IMG/VR virus record: IMGVR_UViG_3300035698_016797
Location: 117,031 to 181,030 of that record
Source of the DNA: a virus
DNA length: 64,000 bases
Reading direction: 5' to 3' (one strand)
A program made the position numbers and the translations under genes. The notes beneath the pieces were generated by a model. The model did not search any database, had not been told where the DNA came from, and saw only the letters and a program-made list of their open reading frames with translations. Below, one piece after another: positions 51,104 to 57,200 of the stretch; within the stretch, counting starts at the first letter, position 1; the number at the start of each line of letters is the position of its first letter.

Positions 51104-51346
51104 TTATAGTTCAAATTCGTCATTCAAGAAGCGTAATACCTTTTGCATCTCTTCTATTTTGACTCTTAAAATAATTGATTGATCCCTACTGGGCGTGGGC
51201 ATGGCTATATCAACCATTCCTTTGTCTTCTGGATTTTCTGTAATATCTTCTGATTTAGCCAGTGTGATATTGACATTTTCTCCAGTTGAACCTCCTGTGG
51301 CGGAGTCAATATGAATCACATGAGCTTTGGTTACTAAGCGTGCCAT
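51104..51346 (-). CDS. Hypothetical protein (80 aa)
   Basis: SD GAGGAG; tiles in the operon. Confidence 0.55.
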   Translation of the reverse strand: MARLVTKAHVIHIDSATGGSTGENVNITLAKSEDITENPEDKGMVDIAMPTPSRDQSIILRVKIEEMQKVLRFLNDEFEL

Positions 51347-51802
51347 TTATTTACTCTCCTCTGCGCTTGCGGTTTCTTGTGACAATTTTTCCATTGATTC
51401 AATTAAAACCTCGTATTCTTTTTTGATGGTTTCTAGGGCTTTTCCGAAATCTGGCCTGTCGTCATCTCCAACACCACGCTTTGCGTATGCTTGAAGCATT
51501 TTCAAATTACAGTCTGCATGATCCAAATGATGAAGGCCACTTTCGCTATCAAAATCTTCTCCCATGAACCAATATAGCATATGTCTAAGCATGGCTGCAA
51601 ACGGCCTTGTCCAACGCATTCCTTTTTCCCAGTTGCGAGCACTATATTTTACGGCTCCATATGTGAAAACCATTGCAGTTCCAATTAGAGCGTCCCACGG
51701 CATCAAATCTAACCTTGGCTTGCCATTGTCAAATTTGGCGGCAGTTTTACCTCCAATTTTATATGAGTCTCCGTCAACTTTTATTGCTTTTTCTTTTACC
51801 AT
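51347..51802 (-). CDS. dATP/dGTP diphosphohydrolase domain protein, DUF5664-like (start ATG 51802)
   Basis: KFDNGKPRLDLMP...FTYGAVKYSARNWEKG...RH...GEDFDSESGLHHLDHA. Confidence 0.85.
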   Translation of the reverse strand: MVKEKAIKVDGDSYKIGGKTAAKFDNGKPRLDLMPWDALIGTAMVFTYGAVKYSARNWEKGMRWTRPFAAMLRHMLYWFMGEDFDSESGLHHLDHADCNLKMLQAYAKRGVGDDDRPDFGKALETIKKEYEVLIESMEKLSQETASAEESK

Positions 51803-51823
51803 CGTCACTTCCTTTCTAATCAT

Positions 51824-51851
51824 ATAATAGCACCTATTTATATAAATGCAA
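51824..51851 (-). promoter_or_regulatory. Leftward sigma70-type promoter
   Basis: Minus strand TTGCAT-N16-TATTAT with TG one base upstream of the -10 box (extended -10). Confidence 0.55.
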
Positions 51852-51869
51852 CTTTTTTCTGAACAAAAT

Positions 51870-51898
51870 TTGACTTTTCTCAACATATGCAGTATACT
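51870..51898 (+). promoter_or_regulatory. Rightward sigma70-type promoter for tRNA block 1
   Basis: TTGACT (51870-51875)-N17-TATACT (51893-51898). Confidence 0.8.
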
Positions 51899-51919
51899 AT
51901 GCGTAAAGGAGATCGTCAG

Positions 51920-52000
51920 ATGAAAAACTTATATATCAACTTATCCTCACTCAGTTTGTACTGCCTGTATTTTTCGGGCAGTCGTAAGGAGGACTTGTAG
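51920..52000 (+). CDS. Leader peptide 1 (26 aa, MKNLYINLSSLSLYCLYFSGSRKEDL), putative attenuator
   Basis: SD AAAGGAG; lies between a promoter and a terminator; 12 consecutive Leu/Ser/Tyr/Cys/Phe codons. Confidence 0.8.
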   Translation: MKNLYINLSSLSLYCLYFSGSRKEDL

Positions 52001-52030
52001 GCATATAATAATGTCGATCAGAAGAAAGTC

Positions 52031-52061
52031 AAACCCCTCCTTAACTGGATGGGGTTTTTTT
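52031..52061 (+). terminator. Intrinsic terminator/attenuator 1
   Basis: AAACCCCTCC-TTAACT-GGATGGGG followed by 7 T; its 5' arm can instead pair with TAAGGAGG (51985-51992). Confidence 0.8.
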
Positions 52062-52068
52062 ATGTATT

Positions 52069-52163
52069 GGAAAGGTGGCTGAGTCTGGATTAAGGCGGTG
52101 CTCTTGAAAAGCATTGAGCGGCGGTAACGTCCTCCGTGGGTTCAAATCCCACCCTTTCCGCCA
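52069..52163 (+). tRNA. trnS: tRNA-Ser(TGA)
   Basis: Cloverleaf, loop CTTGAAA, long variable arm, G73, encoded CCA. Confidence 0.92.
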
Positions 52164-52168
52164 ACAAT

Positions 52169-52301
52169 GGATTGGTAAGTAATTGGCAGCTGTCCTGTGG
52201 GTAGTACTGAAAGCTGAAGGCTAATGGGTGATTGAAGGCCGCACCCCAGCAGAAGAACAATACAAGCCTTAGACGTTCGGGTTCGAATCCCGACCAATCC
52301 T
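52169..52301 (+). ncRNA. tRNA-like structured RNA (133 nt) with no canonical anticodon arm
   Basis: Acceptor GGATTGG/CCAATCC, D-arm AGT-AATTGGCA-GCT, T-arm TCGGG-TTCGAAT-CCCGA; about 85 nt between the D and T arms; no encoded CCA. Confidence 0.65.
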
Positions 52302-52308
52302 ACAATGA

Positions 52309-52393
52309 GGGTGTGTTGGACAGGTGGTGAGTCCAGTAGACTGTAAATCTACCGCAATAAGCTTTGGAGGTTCGATTCCTTCCATGCCCACCA
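52309..52393 (+). tRNA. trnY: tRNA-Tyr(GTA)
   Basis: Loop CTGTAAA, long variable arm, CCA. Confidence 0.92.
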
Positions 52394-52405
52394 AAAAAAA
52401 TGTTT

Positions 52406-52425
52406 AGCTCATTGAAAATTGAAAA
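52406..52425 (+). promoter_or_regulatory. boxA-like antitermination element, copy 1
   Basis: AGCTCATTGAAAATTGAAAA; 17/20 identical to 56530-56549; resembles rrn boxA TGCTCTTTAACAATT. Confidence 0.55.
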
Positions 52426-52449
52426 GTGTCTGATATAGTTAGAACAGAT

Positions 52450-52536
52450 GGCCGTGTGGCGGAATTGGCAGACGCGCTAGACTCAAAATCTGGTGTTCGC
52501 AAGGGCGTGTGGGTTCGAGTCCCACCATGGCTACCA
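52450..52536 (+). tRNA. trnL: tRNA-Leu(CAA)
   Basis: Loop CTCAAAA, long variable arm, CCA. Confidence 0.92.
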
Positions 52537-52583
52537 ATCAACGTAATAATTCTGTGATAAATAGTAAAAAGGAGGATTTTATA

Positions 52584-52820
52584 ATGTTAAAGGCCACACA
52601 TTATTCTGGCGACGGAAAAGTGATAAGTGTATATAAAAATGTATTCACATATCTTACAGGGGTTGCGAGTGAAATCACTCTTCTTATAGACAATGATAAG
52701 ACAAGAAGAATGAGAAAAAAATATGAGTCTGGTAAAGGTATGATTGTACCAGAAGTTGAGTATTCAAAATATACTTCTATAACGATTTTTGGTAATGTGG
52801 TGGTTGAAAAAGATAATTAG
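52584..52820 (+). CDS. Hypothetical protein (78 aa; start ATG 52584)
   Basis: SD AAGGAGG; the longer track ORF extends into tRNA-Leu. Confidence 0.6.
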   Translation: MLKATHYSGDGKVISVYKNVFTYLTGVASEITLLIDNDKTRRMRKKYESGKGMIVPEVEYSKYTSITIFGNVVVEKDN

Positions 52821-52827
52821 AAGAGGA

Positions 52828-52903
52828 TGAGCAATAGCCAACGTGGTCAAGGCGCTGGTCTGAAAAACCAGAGACCTCAGTTCGATTCTGAGTTGCTCAA
52901 CCA
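52828..52903 (+). tRNA. trnF: tRNA-Phe(GAA)
   Basis: Loop CTGAAAA, 76 nt, CCA. Confidence 0.88.
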
Positions 52904-52962
52904 TTTGACAATAGAAGAAATTGTACGATATTATTACTAGTGCGTATAAAGAACTAAATGAT

Positions 52963-53050
52963 GGTCGAGTGGCGGAATTGGCATACGCACTTGGTTGAGG
53001 GCCAAGGACACAGTAGTGTATTGAGAGTTCGAGTCTCTCCTCGACTACCA
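52963..53050 (+). tRNA. trnL: tRNA-Leu(GAG)
   Basis: Loop TTGAGGG, long variable arm, CCA. Confidence 0.9.
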
Positions 53051-53070
53051 AATTTGAGAATGTAAGTAAT

Positions 53071-53155
53071 GCCCCGGTGGCGGAATTGGCAGACGCGCCA
53101 GATTTAGGATCTGGTGTCGAAAGGCGTGCAGGTTCGAGACCTGTCTGGGGCACCA
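53071..53155 (+). tRNA. trnL: tRNA-Leu(TAG)
   Basis: Loop TTTAGGA, long variable arm, CCA. Confidence 0.92.
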
Positions 53156-53175
53156 ACAATAGAAAGGGACAGATT

Positions 53176-53457
53176 ATGGCTAGAGTAAAAATCAACATGC
53201 CTGGTAACGACCCTGGTGCAAGAAGCATCATCGTTAATGACACTGATCTCACTGGATGTGTAGTGAGTATGGATCTTTCGATTGATCCAACTCAACATCC
53301 AGAAGTTGGACTGAAACTATTTGCAACAGACGTAAAGTTTGAAGGAGATGCAAATATCGTTATCAATGGAATAGAAATACCACAAGAATTGTGTGAAAAA
53401 ATCGCAGATGCTTTGCGCTATGCTTCTGCAAGTGAGCAGCAGAAAGATTCAACATAA
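53176..53457 (+). CDS. Hypothetical protein (93 aa; start ATG 53176)
   Basis: SD GAAAGGG; MARVKINMPG... Confidence 0.55.
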   Translation: MARVKINMPGNDPGARSIIVNDTDLTGCVVSMDLSIDPTQHPEVGLKLFATDVKFEGDANIVINGIEIPQELCEKIADALRYASASEQQKDST

Positions 53458-53466
53458 GGAAAGTGC

Positions 53467-53557
53467 GGAGGGTTGCCAGAGCGGCCTATTGGTCCTGCTT
53501 GGAAAGCAGTGAGTCCCTCTGTGGGACACGAGAGTTCGAATCTCTCACCCTCCGCCA
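53467..53557 (+). tRNA. trnS: tRNA-Ser(GGA)
   Basis: Loop TTGGAAA, long variable arm, G73, CCA. Confidence 0.9.
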
Positions 53558-53563
53558 CTACAC

Positions 53564-53884
53564 ATGTCAACACCAACATTTGACGCCCATGGACTGAAAC
53601 ATATGGAAGTAGCTCCGAAGCTTGAAGATTTTTTTCTTAAGCACGGAGCACCAATCAGAGTTATCACTGGAAAATCTCACATGATGAGGTTGATTTTAAT
53701 AGAACTGATGGCAAATTATGACCTAGAAGGATATCATCCAAACTTCAATAATACTGGAGAGGTTGTTGTAATTGAAAGGAATCGTAATGGTAATAAAAGT
53801 ACAAAAGCTAACGGACGTCCACTTGGCACAAAGAGCTTGCGCAATGACAACTTCAGGACGAAGGTCAGGAATAGACCTAGATAA
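53564..53884 (+). CDS. Stand-alone Smr-domain-like protein
   Basis: FDAHGLKHMEVAPKLEDFF...IRVITGKS...NTGEVVV matches the Smr pattern LDLHG...EA...L..F...IIHGKG...G...V; the last ~33 codons overlap the next gene. Confidence 0.6.
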   Translation: MSTPTFDAHGLKHMEVAPKLEDFFLKHGAPIRVITGKSHMMRLILIELMANYDLEGYHPNFNNTGEVVVIERNRNGNKSTKANGRPLGTKSLRNDNFRTKVRNRPR

Positions 53885-54302
53885 ACTATACCAGTGTGAA
53901 CACTCTCCTGTTAGAACTCAAATATTTTGGATAGAGATGTTAAACATTCCAACGTTTGTTTCCGTCCACTTTGTAAGACACAAGATAGGCGTTGAACACT
54001 TCGCAACAAGTAATAGGCCAGATAGGGGAACTGGAGAAGCCGACAGAATGACGCCAATTAACCACGGTATGCTCATTAATGCACAAGCACTAATAAACAT
54101 GGCAAAGAAGAGGTTGTGTTATCATGCGTCAAAAGAAACAAGGGAAACTATGATTGCAATCCTTAAGCAAATCAAAGTCGTTGATTCAGGTCTTTCTAAA
54201 CGAATGGTTCCAGAGTGTGTATATAGAGGAAAGATTTGTCACGAATTGAAACAGTGTGATTTTATGAAGGGAGCAATAGATCACTGTACGGATAGACGTT
54301 GA
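53787..54302 (+). CDS. thyX: Short ThyX/Thy1-like flavin-dependent thymidylate synthase
   Basis: SD GAAAGGA before ATG 53787; EHSP, HFVRHK...SNRPDR, INAQALINMAKKRLC...VPEC motifs. Confidence 0.7.
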   Translation: MVIKVQKLTDVHLAQRACAMTTSGRRSGIDLDKLYQCEHSPVRTQIFWIEMLNIPTFVSVHFVRHKIGVEHFATSNRPDRGTGEADRMTPINHGMLINAQALINMAKKRLCYHASKETRETMIAILKQIKVVDSGLSKRMVPECVYRGKICHELKQCDFMKGAIDHCTDRR

Positions 54303-54310
54303 CGACTAAT

Positions 54311-54397
54311 GGCCGGATGGCGGAATTGGCAGACGCAACGGACTTAAAATCCGTTATCCAAAAGGGTGTGGGGGTTCGATTCCCCCTTCGGCCACCA
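54311..54397 (+). tRNA. trnL: tRNA-Leu(TAA)
   Basis: Loop CTTAAAA, long variable arm, CCA. Confidence 0.92.
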
Positions 54398-54432
54398 ATA
54401 ATAAATATAGAATACAGACCGTAGGAGAAAAC

Positions 54433-55545
54433 ATGAATTTATCAGAACCAAGCAATATATGTATTAAACCATGGTATGATCAAACCATAGATATGTCTGG
54501 GTGCTGGAGTTGTTGTGGAAACGTCAAAGACAGTGGAGCTATATTTTACGATGAGGATTGGAAAGGTCCATATGTTGGAGATGTTGATCACTGGAATAGT
54601 CCAGAAATGCAGAAATTTAGGAAGGATATGCTAGAAGGAGGAGCCAGCATTGCCTGCGGTATGGCAAAGTGTCCACAAAGATATCGTTCTGCATCAATAG
54701 GAGATAGAATTTTAGAGTTGAAACAAGGTTATAACATCAAAGATGAAAAGTCAAAATCTCAAATAGCAGAAGCCATAGAGAACAATAGACTTATTCTCGA
54801 TTACTCTGCTAAAAAAATTACATACATAGTTACAATGGCTTGTAATTCAAAATGTGCATATTGTTTTCAGATAAGCAAAAGAAAAGATGGTAGTCTAAAT
54901 CCTCCAGAAGGGTATGAAGATCATATTATACCAATTTTGACGAGTGCTAAAGCGGTAAGACTTGCTGGAGGAGAGGTGTTCGTACTTTCAGATAAAAAGT
55001 TGGATAAGTTTTTTGGACACAAAGATTGGGAAAATGTAGAACATGTGTGTGTTGTTACAAATGGAACACTATTGACGCCTGAAAGATATGAAAAATATGC
55101 AGCTAATGGCCCACTTAGCAACATTGAAATTAGTCTAAACACAATGAGCGCAGAAGAGATGTTGAATGAAACAGAAGATATGCTGTTCAAATGCGAAGAT
55201 AACATGAGGGGAATATATGAAAAATATCCAGACCACTGTGTTACAACGTTGAACGTTGCCATGTCTATAAATATCATAGACAGAATTGACGAAGTATTAG
55301 AGTTTGTAAAAAAGTATGGAATAAAAGAGATATTGATTCATCATATAAATGGAACAGTAATGGAATTGAGCGGTGTTGGACATCTTAATCCATACTGTAA
55401 AGAAGGCTATTCAGAAGAAGTTCACGAAAGACTTTTAAAGGTGGTTGATGTTGCGAAACAATTTACAAAAGAGAATGGAATCGGCCTAAGATATAGTACC
55501 ATTCCAATGTCCCTGGGAGAAATGAAGAAAGAGATGGCACAGTAG
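54433..55545 (+). CDS. Radical SAM protein with N-terminal SPASM-like domain (370 aa), paralog of 37196-38311
   Basis: CNSKCAYC, AGGEV, TNG, ISLNT; N-terminal CIKPW...CC...WKGPYVGD shared with the first copy. Confidence 0.8.
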   Translation: MNLSEPSNICIKPWYDQTIDMSGCWSCCGNVKDSGAIFYDEDWKGPYVGDVDHWNSPEMQKFRKDMLEGGASIACGMAKCPQRYRSASIGDRILELKQGYNIKDEKSKSQIAEAIENNRLILDYSAKKITYIVTMACNSKCAYCFQISKRKDGSLNPPEGYEDHIIPILTSAKAVRLAGGEVFVLSDKKLDKFFGHKDWENVEHVCVVTNGTLLTPERYEKYAANGPLSNIEISLNTMSAEEMLNETEDMLFKCEDNMRGIYEKYPDHCVTTLNVAMSINIIDRIDEVLEFVKKYGIKEILIHHINGTVMELSGVGHLNPYCKEGYSEEVHERLLKVVDVAKQFTKENGIGLRYSTIPMSLGEMKKEMAQ

Positions 55546-55609
55546 TCAAGTGGTAAGACGCTGGTCTGCAAAACCAGTTACGTGGGTTCGATTCCCACCT
55601 GTGTCTCCA
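55536..55609 (+). tRNA. trnC: tRNA-Cys(GCA)
   Basis: Loop CTGCAAA, U73, CCA; its first 10 nt overlap the radical SAM stop. Confidence 0.92.
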
Positions 55610-55623
55610 CAGAAAGGCTTACA

Positions 55624-56058
55624 ATGAAAATTAAGAACTTTTCAGGGCACTACGGATTCCTAAGCAATTTCTATGTTGAAAAAAATGGAAAGACGGCAGA
55701 GCATTATTTTCAAGCTTCCAAAACTCATGATAGAAAGTGGCAAGATCTCGTTAAGCTTCAGCATTCTCCAGAGGCTGCAAAAAAGTTTGGTAGATCGTTG
55801 CCTCTAAGAAAAGATTGGCAAAGTGTAAAAGTTGAGATAATGAGAATCGTTTTGGAACGTAAGTTTTCAGATCCAGAACTAAAACAAAAGCTTTTGGAAA
55901 CTGGAAATAGAGAATTAGTAGAAGGAAATACATGGCATGATAATTTCTGGGGAGATTGCAAATGTCACAAGTGCAGACATATTAAGGGTCGAAACGTATT
56001 AGGTATCTTGCTCATGAAAGTAAGGGATATGTTGAGATCTTTCGAAGAAGCAGAGTAG
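55624..56058 (+). CDS. NADAR (YbiA-like) family protein (start ATG 55624)
   Basis: FLSNFY...AEHYFQASK...AKKFGR...MRIVLERKF...LLETGNRELVEGNTWHDNFWG...GRNVLGILLMKVR. Confidence 0.9.
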   Translation: MKIKNFSGHYGFLSNFYVEKNGKTAEHYFQASKTHDRKWQDLVKLQHSPEAAKKFGRSLPLRKDWQSVKVEIMRIVLERKFSDPELKQKLLETGNRELVEGNTWHDNFWGDCKCHKCRHIKGRNVLGILLMKVRDMLRSFEEAE

Positions 56059-56150
56059 GAGAGGTGCCAGAGTGGTTTATCGGGACAGTTTGCTAAACTG
56101 TTGGATCATGAGATGTGGTTCCCAGGGTTCGAATCCCTGTCTCTCCGCCA
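56058..56150 (+). tRNA. trnS: tRNA-Ser(GCT)
   Basis: Loop TTGCTAA, long variable arm, G73, CCA. Confidence 0.9.
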
Positions 56151-56177
56151 ACAAACGTAAAAAAAGTTTCAAAAAGC

Positions 56178-56207
56178 TTGACATAGTTCTTAATACAGGT
56201 ATAGTAT
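56178..56207 (+). promoter_or_regulatory. Sigma70-type promoter for tRNA-fMet and block 2
   Basis: TTGACA (56178-56183)-N16-TATAGT, or N18-TAGTAT; A-tracts upstream. Confidence 0.75.
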
Positions 56208-56221
56208 AGGTAGATTTAGAT

Positions 56222-56300
56222 TGCGGAATGGAGAAGTCCGGCTTAACTCGCTTCGCTCATAACGAAGAGACCGTGGGTTCAAATCCCACTTCCGCTACCA
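56222..56300 (+). tRNA. trnM: tRNA-Met(CAT), initiator-like
   Basis: Loop CTCATAA; U1.U72 mismatch and A11-U24 pair as in fMet tRNAs; lacks the three G-C anticodon-stem pairs. Confidence 0.8.
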
Positions 56301-56316
56301 TTAAGGAAAACAGCAA

Positions 56317-56391
56317 ATGATTAGTTCAATTAGAAAATGGCGCAATAACGGTACAGGAAAAACGGGGGACTACTGCGCCTTGACCCCCTAG
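56317..56391 (+). CDS. Leader peptide 2 (24 aa, MISSIRKWRNNGTGKTGDYCALTP), putative attenuator
   Basis: SD AAGGA; lies ahead of a strong terminator; 13 consecutive Ile/Arg/Lys/Trp/Asn/Gly/Thr codons. Confidence 0.8.
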   Translation: MISSIRKWRNNGTGKTGDYCALTP

Positions 56392-56415
56392 TTGATCATT
56401 CATTTGATTATATAC

Positions 56416-56448
56416 AAGACGAGGCGCTTAGGTGCCTCGTCTTTTTTT
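56416..56448 (+). terminator. Intrinsic terminator/attenuator 2
   Basis: AAGACGAGGCGC-TTAG-GTGCCTCGTCTT plus T-tract; its 5' arm can instead pair with GCGCCTTG (56375-56382). Confidence 0.85.
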
Positions 56449-56450
56449 AT

Positions 56451-56524
56451 GCGACTGTAGCATAGTGGTAATGCGCTGGACTTCCACTCCAGTCAGGAGG
56501 GTTCGATTCCCTCTAGTCGCTCCA
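56451..56524 (+). tRNA. trnG: tRNA-Gly(TCC)
   Basis: Loop CTTCCAC, U73, CCA. Confidence 0.92.
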
Positions 56525-56529
56525 GAAAA

Positions 56530-56549
56530 AGCTCCTTGACAATTGAATA
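56530..56549 (+). promoter_or_regulatory. boxA-like antitermination element, copy 2
   Basis: AGCTCCTTGACAATTGAATA; GCTCCTTGACAATT matches E. coli rrn boxA GCTCTTTAACAATT at 12/14. Confidence 0.6.
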
Positions 56550-56563
56550 AGATGGTGTAGAGT

Positions 56564-56641
56564 AGGTGAGTAGCTCAATTAGGCTAGAGCAGCGGTCTCC
56601 AAAACCGCAGGTTGCAGGTTCGATTCCTGTCTCACCTGCCA
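56564..56641 (+). tRNA. trnW: tRNA-Trp(CCA)
   Basis: Loop CTCCAAA, G73, CCA. Confidence 0.92.
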
Positions 56642-56656
56642 AACAAGGGTAACAAA

Positions 56657-56908
56657 ATGAATAAAGCAGCAATATTAGCAGCATACGACGATGATCAAGC
56701 AGAAATTTTAGCAGCATATGTCAACGTAGCATTAAGAGCAGATGAAGTGATAGAGTTCATAAAAAGAAAATATGGCGTTACTAGCGAAGATGGTTTTACA
56801 TGTATGTATATACTGAGACTGTCACAGGCACTAGATAGGCTGAAGGCAACAACAGGAGGACTTAACGATGGACAAGCCGATGAAGATGTATATTCTAGTG
56901 AAGAATGA
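56657..56908 (+). CDS. Hypothetical protein (83 aa; start ATG 56657)
   Basis: SD AAGGG; MNKAAILAAY... Confidence 0.5.
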   Translation: MNKAAILAAYDDDQAEILAAYVNVALRADEVIEFIKRKYGVTSEDGFTCMYILRLSQALDRLKATTGGLNDGQADEDVYSSEE

Positions 56909-57197
56909 TGTTGACTTAGGACATGCAATGTTGGCAGTTGCACATGGTGTGGCAGCTTGTATGAGACAATACAAGGATGATGAAGATTTGAATGAATGGC
57001 TTCTCGACTCCTTTAGGAAGGTTGTTTGCAAGGTTAACCAAAAAGAGTTTGATGCCGCAAAAACCCTTCTTGAAAAAAGAGTTATCATGACAGAGTGTGC
57101 GTTAGACAATCAGGAAACTGCCATTGTCTTTTGTCCGCGCAAAGAGTGGCCAAAACCGTTTAGTTGGTATAAGCTATATAGAACACAGAAAGATTAA
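56868..57197 (+). CDS. Peptidyl-tRNA hydrolase, Pth2 family
   Basis: KMYILVKNDVDLGHAMLAVAH...W...RKVVCKV...ETAIVFCP. Confidence 0.8.
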   Translation: MDKPMKMYILVKNDVDLGHAMLAVAHGVAACMRQYKDDEDLNEWLLDSFRKVVCKVNQKEFDAAKTLLEKRVIMTECALDNQETAIVFCPRKEWPKPFSWYKLYRTQKD

Positions 57198-57200
57198 ACA

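Noticed and set aside
51347-51802. Z-base (2-aminoadenine) genome call
   Set aside because: DUF5664 and HD nucleotidases alone are not diagnostic and no PurZ is in the window; kept only as a low-interest finding.
52069-52163. tRNA-Ser(TGA) as a selenocysteine or opal-suppressor tRNA
   Set aside because: Anticodon TGA reads UCA; Sec needs TCA and an 8-bp acceptor stem.
52764-53298. Minus-strand ORFs over tRNA genes (also 56493-56717, 60778-60996, 63231-63692)
   Set aside because: They translate antisense tRNA sequence (for example GLEPARLSTPDPKSGASANSATGA).
56339-56388. Pseudoknot (GGCGCA/TGCGCC with GGGGG/CCCCC) as an HDV-like/theta ribozyme or riboswitch
   Set aside because: It lacks P3, P1.1 and the catalytic J4/2 strand and does not abut the tRNA 3' end. 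The same bases fit the attenuator pairings.
56536-56563. TTGACA-N16-TAGAGT as a promoter
   Set aside because: The start site would fall inside tRNA-Trp. The sequence is better explained as the second boxA-like copy.
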